From NCBI GenBank assembly GCA_020722575.1, contig DYKN01000001.1:130795-194794 (forward strand): 64,000 nt of DNA, in the 5' to 3' direction. The translations under genes and the position numbers were made by a program. The notes beneath the pieces were generated by a model that had not been told where the DNA came from, searched no databases, and saw nothing but the letters and a program-made list of their open reading frames with translations. Source of the stretch: Rikenella microfusus. GTDB lineage: Bacteria > Bacteroidota > Bacteroidia > Bacteroidales > VadinHA17. This document shows, one piece after another, positions 37,527 to 45,431 of the stretch. Numbering within the stretch: position 1 is the first letter of the stretch; every line of letters starts with the position of its first letter.

Positions 37527-39782
37527 ATGAAGAAAATCGTTTTAATTTTCTTTGTGTTGTTTCTTTTATTAAAAGTAAGCGCTCAGAATCAAATTAAAGG
37601 ATTTGTAAGCGATACAGATAAACAACCTTTGGCAGGCGCAACAATTTTTCTTCCAGAACTCAATAAGGGCACAACAGCCAGCCAGACAGGAGAGTTTTTG
37701 ATCACCAATGTACCAACAGGCAAAGTGAGAATTCAGTTTTCCTTTATTGGGTACAATACTCAGGTAAAAACAATTGAGGTTTTACCTGGCGACAATATTG
37801 TGAATATTCAATTAACCACTTCTGTAATCCAATCGCAGGAAGTGGTAGTTTCAGGCGGATACGTGAGTTCACAACATGAAAATGCCGTAAAAATTGATAT
37901 ATTGAGAAGCAAAGATATTTTGCTTTCCGGAACGCCAAATTTCATGGAATCTATTACCCTGGTCCCGGGTGTTGACATGATTTCAAAAGGACAGGGTGTT
38001 TCAAAACCTGTTATCAGGGGACTTTCAATGAATGATATCCTGGTATTAAATAACGGCGTTCGTATTGAAAATTACCAGTTCAGTGAAAACCACCCGCTTG
38101 GGATAGACGATAATGATGTTGACAGGGTTGAGGTTATAAAAGGGCCGGCATCCCTGCTTTATGGTTCTGATGCTATCGGCGGGGCTTTAAACTTTATTAA
38201 GGAAAGTCCTGCGCCAACAGGTAAAGTAATCGGCGATTACCGGATACAACTACACTCTAATACACTTGGGATGAATAATAGTATGGGATTAAAAGGTTCT
38301 TCGGAACATTTTTTCGGAGGGTTAAGGGTTGGTAATAAAACTCATGCCGACTATAGAGAGGGAGGTGGCTATTATGTTCCAAACTCAAGGTTCAGAGAAT
38401 GGTCAGTTAGCGCTAATTCCGGATATACTGGGAAAATCGGGACATTTAAAATACTATACGACTATTTCAAACAAGATTTAGGGATGACTGTTCCGGCGGT
38501 AATACCTTTAATTACCGGACAAGGCAGACATAATGAAATCTGGTATCAGGATCTGGACCATCATCTGGTTTCTTCTCAAAATAAGTTATATATCGGCAGA
38601 TTTAAATGGGAAACCAATATATCATATCAGAGTGCATTGAGGAAGCTGCAAACAACATTGGAAGTTCCCTTTGTGGAAATGAATCTTAATACAGTTACTT
38701 ATGAATCAAAACTGTATCTGCCTTCCGGTAAAAACTCAGAGTTTATCATAGGCATACAGGGAATGGATCAGACTAACCGCAATAAAAACGATCGGGCATC
38801 TCAGTTTTTGCCAGATGCAGATGTAAATAATATTGGAGGAGTAGCTCTGGCAAAATATACTTTTTTTGAAAAATTTTCTCTGCAGGGAGGTCTTCGCTAT
38901 GATATATATAAAACTGAAACATATGCACTTGGGACAGAAGAAACGGATAGTTATCATGCACCTGTATTAAAGAATTTTTCGAGCCTTAGTGGTTCTTTAG
39001 GTGCAACTTACAACATAAATGATAAGTGGATTTTCAGAACAAATTTTGCTAAAGCATATCATGTGCCAAATCTGTCTGAGTTAACATCGAACGGGATGCA
39101 CGGGAACAGGTATGAAACAGGTAATGAAAATCTGAAGCCCGAAGATGCATATGAATTTGATGCAAGCCTGCATTACCATGGAGTGTATCTTTCATTCGAT
39201 TTAGCAGGGTTTTATAACCATATAATTAACTATATCTATATTTCGCCAACAGCTGATACTACATCAACGGGAGTGGATATTTACAGGTTTTCACAAAGCA
39301 ATGCTAATCTTTTTGGAGGAGAAGCAGGTATTCATTTTCATCCCGAATTAATGCCCTGGCTGCATATTCAGGTTACATATTCTTCTGTCATTGGCCGACA
39401 GGAAAATGGGAATTTTCTTCCTTTTATTCCGGCCCATAAGTTTCGTTATGAAATAAGAGCCGATTACAAAAAATTAGGATTCTTGAACCATTCTGCCATA
39501 AAACTATCCGCTCTCACCGCGTTAAAGCAGGATAAACCATCGCCTTATGAGACTGAAACGGACGGATACACGCTTATAAACCTGAGTTTCAACACTGATA
39601 TAAATGTATTTAAACAAACACTGGTTTTTGGTATTTCTGCAAATAATATATTTGATATCAGATATTACGACCATCTTTCCACGTTAAAGCCTTTAAATTA
39701 TTATAATCAGGGCAGAAATATTTCAGTATTTTTGAAGATACCGTTTGAAACAAACATGATATGCAAAAGCAAGCACTTGTAA
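37527..39782 (+). CDS. TonB-dependent receptor (CarboxypepD_reg + plug + barrel)
   Basis: Has a signal peptide, GFVSDTDKQPLAGATIFL, DRVEVIKGPASLLYGSDAIGGALNF and a beta-barrel. An 11-aa tail follows the ...FLKIPF strand. Confidence 0.9.
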   Translation: MKKIVLIFFVLFLLLKVSAQNQIKGFVSDTDKQPLAGATIFLPELNKGTTASQTGEFLITNVPTGKVRIQFSFIGYNTQVKTIEVLPGDNIVNIQLTTSVIQSQEVVVSGGYVSSQHENAVKIDILRSKDILLSGTPNFMESITLVPGVDMISKGQGVSKPVIRGLSMNDILVLNNGVRIENYQFSENHPLGIDDNDVDRVEVIKGPASLLYGSDAIGGALNFIKESPAPTGKVIGDYRIQLHSNTLGMNNSMGLKGSSEHFFGGLRVGNKTHADYREGGGYYVPNSRFREWSVSANSGYTGKIGTFKILYDYFKQDLGMTVPAVIPLITGQGRHNEIWYQDLDHHLVSSQNKLYIGRFKWETNISYQSALRKLQTTLEVPFVEMNLNTVTYESKLYLPSGKNSEFIIGIQGMDQTNRNKNDRASQFLPDADVNNIGGVALAKYTFFEKFSLQGGLRYDIYKTETYALGTEETDSYHAPVLKNFSSLSGSLGATYNINDKWIFRTNFAKAYHVPNLSELTSNGMHGNRYETGNENLKPEDAYEFDASLHYHGVYLSFDLAGFYNHIINYIYISPTADTTSTGVDIYRFSQSNANLFGGEAGIHFHPELMPWLHIQVTYSSVIGRQENGNFLPFIPAHKFRYEIRADYKKLGFLNHSAIKLSALTALKQDKPSPYETETDGYTLINLSFNTDINVFKQTLVFGISANNIFDIRYYDHLSTLKPLNYYNQGRNISVFLKIPFETNMICKSKHL

Positions 39783-39881
39783 ACATAATTTTTTTAATAT
39801 GTGGATTCTCCCGCTGGAGCGGGACAGGTTGTCATACCTTTAAAATAAAAATTATATTTATGATAAAATAAAGTAATAAAA

Positions 39882-40757
39882 ATGATTTCACAAACAACTG
39901 TTAAACAGATTGCTGCCATACATGATCTGTCAGGATTGGGAAGAACTTCCCTTTCGGTTGTTATCCCTATCTTATCAGTCATGGGGATAAAAGTTTGTCC
40001 GCTGCCTACTGCCGTTTTATCTTCTCACAGCCGCTATGAAGGATATCATTTTGTCGATCTGACTGATCATATGCAATCTGTAATTGATCATTGGATAAAA
40101 TTAAATGTTTCATTTGATGCTATTTACAGCGGATTTCTGGGATCATATCTGCAGATTGATATCGTTAGGGATATGATTGATGCATTCAGTAGTGAGAATC
40201 AATTAGTTGTTATTGATCCTGTTTTGGGAGATAATGGGAAAATGTACGGACCCATAAGCATTGAAATGGTTTCTGAAATGAGGTCGCTGATACAAAAAGC
40301 AGATATTATTACCCCGAATTTAACTGAGGCATTTTTATTACTTGATGAGCCGTTTCATTCAAATATCAGTGAAAATAACATAAAAGAATATTTGTTAAGA
40401 TTATCGGATATGGGACCTGACATGGTAGTAATTACCGGTTTCCAGGAAGATTCTTCAATGAGTAAATTTTCTGTAATAGCATATAATAAAAATGATTCAC
40501 GTTTCTGGAAGGTCCCCATAGATTATATTCCGGCTGATTTTCCTGGAACAGGCGATTGTTTTACGAGCGTATTAACAGGCGCTTTATTGCAGGGCGACAG
40601 TCTGCCAATAGCTCTCGATAGGGCCGTGCATTTTATATCTTGTGGAGTAAGGGCAACATTAGGATATAAATATGATCAGAACCAGGGAATACTGTTAGAA
40701 CGAATTCTGAATCGTTTAAATTTTCCGATTCCCGTGGGCAGTTATGAGGTTTTCTGA
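39882..40757 (+). CDS. Pyridoxal/pyridoxamine kinase family (PfkB-like ribokinase fold)
   Basis: Has IAAIHDLSGLGRTSLSVVIPILS, DPVLGDNG, ITPNLTEA and the C-terminal GTGDCFTS. Confidence 0.7.
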   Translation: MISQTTVKQIAAIHDLSGLGRTSLSVVIPILSVMGIKVCPLPTAVLSSHSRYEGYHFVDLTDHMQSVIDHWIKLNVSFDAIYSGFLGSYLQIDIVRDMIDAFSSENQLVVIDPVLGDNGKMYGPISIEMVSEMRSLIQKADIITPNLTEAFLLLDEPFHSNISENNIKEYLLRLSDMGPDMVVITGFQEDSSMSKFSVIAYNKNDSRFWKVPIDYIPADFPGTGDCFTSVLTGALLQGDSLPIALDRAVHFISCGVRATLGYKYDQNQGILLERILNRLNFPIPVGSYEVF

Positions 40758-40794
40758 TAAATAAAGGAGATTATCATTTTTACATTGGCTGTTA

Positions 40795-40968
40795 AAACAA
40801 ATTAAGATTATAAATCCGAAAATTCCGGCATTATTAGGCGCTACCGTATTGAAATATATGGCAGGTGAAGGCTATAAAATAACCCGCGAACACGGAAGCT
40901 GGTCTGACTGGCAAAACCGTCTTGCCATGCCGGTTTATCATCCGGCTGCATTGCCACGGGGGACTTAA
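40795..40968 (+). pseudogene. C-terminal fragment of a family-4 uracil-DNA glycosylase
   Basis: The frame has no start and reads ..IINPKIPALLGATVLKYMAGEGYKITREHGSWSDWQNRLAMPVYHPAALPRGT*. This matches the UDG4 C-terminal pattern (LG..A...RG.W....HPA.LLR). Confidence 0.5.
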
Positions 40969-41069
40969 AAAGAAATACATTGACAGGTTTTAAGAAAATT
41001 TTTTACAAATACTGTGAAGTGGTGAATCCACAACATCATTCTCCGTATATTATACCCAAAAAACGATCA

Positions 41070-41642
41070 ATGATAAAAAAGCAAATTATATTTATTTTCA
41101 TTTTAGGATTTTATTTGATACCACTGAAAGGACAGGAGAAAATAAAGCAAACAATAACCTATACTCCTATTGGAGTTTTTCATACGGGTTATACGCCTGA
41201 AACCGGAGCTCCACGACAGGGCATTCTCATTCCAGGAGGAAAAGGTAAGATTGAAATATATCCTGAATATCGCGAAGCGTTAAAAGCATTGGAACTATTT
41301 GAATACATAATAGTTATATATCATCTTGACAAAGCAGTAAGCTGGAGCCGGACAGCAAAACCGCCGGCATCCAACCCGGATTATACATTTGGCCTTTTTG
41401 CTACACGAAGTCCCAACCGGCCGAATCCTATCGGAATTGCAACCATTAAACTTGAAAAAATTGAAAATGGCACCCTGTATGTTTCAGGGATTGATGCATT
41501 TGACGGTACTCCCGTGCTTGATATTAAACCATACCTGCCTTCAATAGACGGAGTTAAAAGTTTTAAAAATGAACTGATTGAAAAAGAACTGGGACTTCAT
41601 GGTACTAATAATATTAATGACAGACCGTCAGTAAAGAAATAA
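41070..41642 (+). CDS. TsaA/TrmO-like (UPF0066) protein with N-terminal signal peptide, paralogue 2
   Basis: About 60-65% aa identity by eye to 31246-31812. It has the same TsaA blocks, preceded by MIKKQIIFIFILGFYLIPLKGQ. The track start at 40980 would add an implausible leader. Confidence 0.8.
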   Translation: MIKKQIIFIFILGFYLIPLKGQEKIKQTITYTPIGVFHTGYTPETGAPRQGILIPGGKGKIEIYPEYREALKALELFEYIIVIYHLDKAVSWSRTAKPPASNPDYTFGLFATRSPNRPNPIGIATIKLEKIENGTLYVSGIDAFDGTPVLDIKPYLPSIDGVKSFKNELIEKELGLHGTNNINDRPSVKK

Positions 41643-41716
41643 TTTTATATACAAAAAAAGTGCAGACTATTTGCCTGTAAATAAGGATACTGTTCTTGAA
41701 AATATCCCCGGAATAT

Positions 41717-42526
41717 CTAAACCGGAAAAGAATCGCCGTCCTGATCTTTAATATATGCTTTTATGATATCAAAAATATCTGTCACTTCTGTCATTTCTGG
41801 AAGAGTTTCTCTCAGGGTTTCAATATATCGCCGGTTTTTAACACATTCAAACGTTGGTTTAAAATTAATATCATAAATCCATCCTGCCTGGAGTAATTTG
41901 ATATCATTAACGTTTTTAACATTTTTCATATCAACAATCTGCCTGTTCATTAGCGCTTTATAAACTTCTTCGGAAATTCCCGGAGTGTCAGGCAATTCAA
42001 GTTCGAGAGCAACATTCCGCCTTCCGTTTTTTCTGTGATAATAGCTTGTAACCACTCTCCATATATCAAGTTTATCAGCATCGCGAATAAGTTTGGAATA
42101 GAAGAGGCATGTTTCTGTTTCTTCACCCGGGAGGGAAGCCCGGTTATGATATCTTATTGAGCATAAAATCAGATTCTGAATTTCTTCATTTAATATACCA
42201 AGAACATTATATCTTGTTAAAATTTTTATACCCAGTTCAGCGTGATCCTCTGATTTATGGTCTGAAAATGTTTTATACCGGTTATATTGTTCAAACCTGC
42301 CAATATCATGAAAGAGTGCAATTATTTCAGCCAGATTCAGCTCATTATCATTTAACCCGAGCTGTTTCCCTATGTTAATAATTTCTTCAATTACCCTTTC
42401 TGTATGTTCTCTCTTAATATCTATGTTGCGCTCTAATTCAGGGTTTTTGTAATTAAATGTATGCACATAGTCTGTAAACCAGTTTTTAAGATCATGCACA
42501 ATTTTTTTATCCATTAATATTTTCAT
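41717..42526 (-). CDS. HD domain phosphohydrolase
   Basis: 269 aa. Has H...HDIGR (LFHDIGRFEQ) and a downstream DADKLD. Its start overlaps the stop of the upstream NifX-like gene by 4 nt (ATGA). Confidence 0.8.
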   Translation of the reverse strand: MKILMDKKIVHDLKNWFTDYVHTFNYKNPELERNIDIKREHTERVIEEIINIGKQLGLNDNELNLAEIIALFHDIGRFEQYNRYKTFSDHKSEDHAELGIKILTRYNVLGILNEEIQNLILCSIRYHNRASLPGEETETCLFYSKLIRDADKLDIWRVVTSYYHRKNGRRNVALELELPDTPGISEEVYKALMNRQIVDMKNVKNVNDIKLLQAGWIYDINFKPTFECVKNRRYIETLRETLPEMTEVTDIFDIIKAYIKDQDGDSFPV

Positions 42527-43047
42527 CTGCCTCTTCCTCCCCTGCCTTTTCCGCCACCGATTCCTCTTCCCAATCCGCCACCCATGCCTCTGCCCATTCC
42601 GCCACCGATGCCTCTTCCCATTCCTCTGCCATCTCTTTGATCCGTGCCCATACTTCTGCCTGTTCCGTTTCTGCCATCGCCATCATTTGCTTTGCGTGCT
42701 GAATGAATACTATCTTTTAATGTCGGCTCTTTCAATACCTGAATCTCATCATTCTTAACTTTTCTTACTGCTTCATTAACAGACATATTACGGCACAGGT
42801 AAACTTTACAGCCGTAAGATAATACTTCGCTGTATAATGACGGACCGATATTGCCGACAATAACCTTTTTAATTGCCGGGGTAATAAATTTTCCGATGTT
42901 CTGAACTTCATCTTTACTTACCCCAGTGAAAGCTTCAAATTCCATGGTCAACGGATCTATTATAAGGAAATAATCTGAATGACCGAATCTGCCTGATACT
43001 TTTGAATCCAATGTATCACCTGATGATGCAATTAAATATTTTTCCAT
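42523..43047 (-). CDS. NifB/NifX-family domain protein with C-terminal Gly/Arg/Met-rich repeat tail
   Basis: The N-domain reads IASSGDTLDSKVSGRFGHSDYFLIID. The tail reads GRGMGRGIGGGMGRGMGGGLGRGIGGGKGRGGRGR. Confidence 0.75.
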   Translation of the reverse strand: MEKYLIASSGDTLDSKVSGRFGHSDYFLIIDPLTMEFEAFTGVSKDEVQNIGKFITPAIKKVIVGNIGPSLYSEVLSYGCKVYLCRNMSVNEAVRKVKNDEIQVLKEPTLKDSIHSARKANDGDGRNGTGRSMGTDQRDGRGMGRGIGGGMGRGMGGGLGRGIGGGKGRGGRGR

Positions 43048-43088
43048 AAAGTCAATTAAATTATATTAACATAAAGTCGCGTTTAAAT

Positions 43089-43451
43089 TTAATTAATAGC
43101 TTCAACCGGGCAAACATTTTCGCAAAGCCGGCAGTTGGTACATTCAGCCTCATTAATAGATGCTTTGCCGTTAATCAGTTCAATTGCCTCAATTGGGCAA
43201 TTTTCAATACAAATTCCGCAACCGGTGTACATTTCCATATTTACTTTTGGGATGTTCATTTTTTTCGATGTTAATTGTAAATAATCAGAAAGTTCTTTTT
43301 TGTTATCATTTTCATTGATTGCCTCATCCGGATTGTTAAATATACCACGATCACTTCTGACAAGGGATGTCTTGCAATGAGGACATGTTTCTTCCCGGCA
43401 CGCGATCCTGCTTTGTGAGGTTTGCTGTATCCACATTGCGGGCATATGCAA
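43089..43451 (-). CDS. 2x[4Fe-4S] ferredoxin domain protein; probably the 3' part of a frameshifted Zn-ribbon-ferredoxin gene starting at 43520
   Basis: The C-terminus reads CGICIENCP ... CTNCRLCENVCP. Upstream, a different frame encodes MRRFFNLNRERRSGQKVHNNKQTCICPQCGYSKPHKAG, which joins IACREETCPHCKTSLVR. Confidence 0.7.
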   Translation of the reverse strand: MHMPAMWIQQTSQSRIACREETCPHCKTSLVRSDRGIFNNPDEAINENDNKKELSDYLQLTSKKMNIPKVNMEMYTGCGICIENCPIEAIELINGKASINEAECTNCRLCENVCPVEAIN

Positions 43452-43581
43452 GTCTGTTTATTATTATGCACTTTTTGCCCACTCCGACGTTCTCTGTTCA
43501 AATTGAAAAATCTCCTCATGTTCTGGTAACCATTAATCCAAAAGGTGGTAAAATCTTTTTTTCTAAAAATCAAACAAATTT

Positions 43582-43601
43582 AAATGAACATTTGTTCATT
43601 T
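43582..43601. promoter_or_regulatory. Palindromic operator candidate aaaTGAACA-tt-TGTTCAttt in a divergent intergenic region
   Basis: Perfect 9+9 inverted repeat. On the minus strand it is immediately followed by a TAAATTTG -7 box upstream of the ferredoxin/NifX/HD operon. Confidence 0.5.
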
Positions 43602-43626
43602 AGACTAATTTTAAACAAAAAATTCC

Positions 43627-44128
43627 ATGACAATTTCAATGCTTCCAGATTATCAATCGGGTCCACATATACCTGCAGAACATGGATTGTCATACTTCAT
43701 TGAATATGAGGGGAAAAGATTACTTTTCGATACCGGGCAGAGCGATATGTTTTTAAAAAATGCAGAGGCAATGAAGATCAGTATGACAGATATTGATATG
43801 GTTATATTAAGTCATGGTCATTTTGATCACGGTAACGGACTTGGTTATTTGTCAGGCAGCAGCATGATTTACCATCCGGGATGTTTCGTCAAGAGATACA
43901 GGAAAAGAGACCATACTTATATAGGACTTAAAAATTCAAAAGAAGAGTTATCATTATTGTTTAATTTAATTACTTCGGCAGAACCTTATAAAATTTCCGA
44001 GAAGATATTTTCCCTGGGGTAGATACCGCGTTTGATCGGGTTTGAATCACAAACCACCTCTTTTGTTTTTGAAGACGGTAACCCTGACTATGTTAAGGAT
44101 GACTGCGGGATGGTGAAAAAGTCTGGAT
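43627..44128 (+). pseudogene. MBL-fold metallo-hydrolase gene with an in-frame TAG and a 3' truncation
   Basis: The His motif SHGHFDHGNG is present. The ORF stops at 44020-44022, but the same frame continues as IPRLIGFESQ...DDCGMV with family-like sequence. It then ends at a junction with a FeoB fragment. Confidence 0.6.
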
Positions 44129-44135
44129 GAGATTA

Positions 44136-44278
44136 AAGTGGTTCATCAAAGAAGCAGTGCCCTTTGTTCTGGTAGGGGTTTAATTACCAATCTCCTTTAT
44201 ACTTTTGGGATTATCCAGTTTATCGGAAAAATAGCAGCCCCTGTTTTTAATCATTTTTTAGGTTTGCCTCAGCTATAA
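44136..44278 (+). pseudogene. Frameshifted internal fragment of ferrous iron transporter FeoB
   Basis: KWFIKEAVPFVLVGV* is followed, after a frame change, by LITNLLYTFGIIQFIGKIAAPVFNHFLGLPQL*. This matches the FeoB membrane-domain pattern. Confidence 0.5.
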
Positions 44279-44340
44279 TGGTTTTATCTGCCCTGCTTAC
44301 CGGAAGGGGTGTTAAATTTAATCTTATCTGTAACACTCAC

Positions 44341-44454
44341 TTAAAAAGAGTTCTCATAAACCTTTTCAAGGGAACCAAAGCCCAAAGTATTGTAAACTGT
44401 GTAAAAACAGTTAATTGTTTTACTTGTCAGATCTTTATGCAATAGTTCGTTCAT
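44341..44454 (-). pseudogene. Truncated GxxExxY-family (PD-(D/E)XK-like) gene fragment
   Basis: The 37-codon ORF is MNELLHKDLTSKTINCFYTVYNTLGFGSLEKVYENSF*. It ends right after the GxxExxY motif. Confidence 0.5.
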
Positions 44455-44639
44455 ATCGTTAGTTTTTAATGGCACGCGGATAACACGGGTTTAACGGATT
44501 TGCACTGAAACAACCCTCCAATCGTTTTATATCAACGAGCTTCATGATTTATTAACAAAAAAGCAGGTCTGCATTCATGCTGAAATTAGTGCATCAAATA
44601 ATATTTTTCAAAAGAATTTTTTAGTCTAATTCTAATTGG

Positions 44640-44647
44640 TAATTTTG
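44640..44647 (+). promoter_or_regulatory. Candidate -7 box TAATTTTG upstream of arsR-like gene
   Basis: Matches TAnnTTTG and lies 27 nt upstream of the ATG at 44675. No clear -33 TTTG was found. Confidence 0.3.
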
Positions 44648-44674
44648 CCAAATTATAAAATAATAAGTTGATTA

Positions 44675-45016
44675 ATGATAGAAAATGCTGATAAACAATA
44701 CATTAAAGAAGCTGAAATATTCAAAGCCTTATCTCATCCGACAAGAATACTTATTCTTTACAGCATCAAAGAAAAACAACTTACCGTTACGGAACTCGCC
44801 AAAAAAGCAGGGATAGATATATCTACTATGTCAAAACATCTTGATTTGTTGAAAAGATATAAAATAATTGTAGGCGAAAAAATTAAGAATACCGTGTACT
44901 ATAAAATTAATATACCCTGTGTCTTTAATTTTCTGAATTGCGCCAAAGAAATAACATCATGTTCTATAAATTGTGATGAAGGACAATGTTTAAACATAAA
45001 ATATTTAATCAAATAA
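44675..45016 (+). CDS. ArsR/SmtB family regulator with Cys-rich C-terminal tail
   Basis: HTH reads LSHPTRILILYSI...LTVTELAKKAGIDISTMSKHLDLLK. The tail PCVFNFLNCAKEITSCSINCDEGQC has 5 Cys. Confidence 0.85.
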   Translation: MIENADKQYIKEAEIFKALSHPTRILILYSIKEKQLTVTELAKKAGIDISTMSKHLDLLKRYKIIVGEKIKNTVYYKINIPCVFNFLNCAKEITSCSINCDEGQCLNIKYLIK

Positions 45017-45032
45017 AAAGGAGGAAACAACT

Positions 45033-45422
45033 ATGAATGAATTTGAAAAAGTTATCGTCAGTATGGATTTTAGTTTTTTTGCTACCGGTAAACATAAAAT
45101 TGATGCAGTTAGCTTTCTTGTATCTCAAAATGCTATACTTTTAGATGTTAGAGCAAACGAAGAAATCGCAACAATCAAATTACATCTTAAGCATCATTTA
45201 CCCGTGATTGAAATACCTTTCAATGAACTACCTTCGAAAATTGACCAATTACCAAAAGATAAATTCATAGGCGTATTTTGTTCTAGTGGAGTAAGAAGCG
45301 CTATCTCTATGGCTTATCTTAAAAGCAAGGGTTTCGAAAATGTTAAGATGATTGAAGGTGGTTATACCCAATTAATGGAAGCATTAATGCCATGTAAAAT
45401 TCATAAGCATATCAATAAATAG
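45033..45422 (+). CDS. Rhodanese-like domain protein
   Basis: The active-site loop is FCSSGVRSA, and ILLDVRANEE lies upstream. Confidence 0.8.
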   Translation: MNEFEKVIVSMDFSFFATGKHKIDAVSFLVSQNAILLDVRANEEIATIKLHLKHHLPVIEIPFNELPSKIDQLPKDKFIGVFCSSGVRSAISMAYLKSKGFENVKMIEGGYTQLMEALMPCKIHKHINK

Positions 45423-45431
45423 GGATTATCT

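Noticed and set aside
39790-39881. Hairpin TCCCGC-tgga-GCGGGA between the second TBDR and the pyridoxal-kinase-like gene, a possible riboswitch or terminator.
   Set aside because: It is only a 6-bp stem and has no T-run. I could not recognise any conserved riboswitch core (TPP, B12 or PLP-related) by eye.
40980-41069. Track start (40980) for the second TrmO-like gene. The same issue applies to the 30529 start for the methyltransferase.
   Set aside because: Non-ATG starts add leaders with no homology to the paralogue or overlap the previous gene. The internal ATGs (41070 and 30589) match the paralogue's architecture.
9177-44022. Possibility of stop-codon reassignment, suggested by the in-frame TAA (9177) and TAG (44020) with homology continuing downstream.
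   Set aside because: All about 55 intact genes terminate normally at TAA, TAG or TGA with sensible lengths. Both affected ORFs are also truncated or otherwise degraded. Ordinary pseudogenisation explains them.
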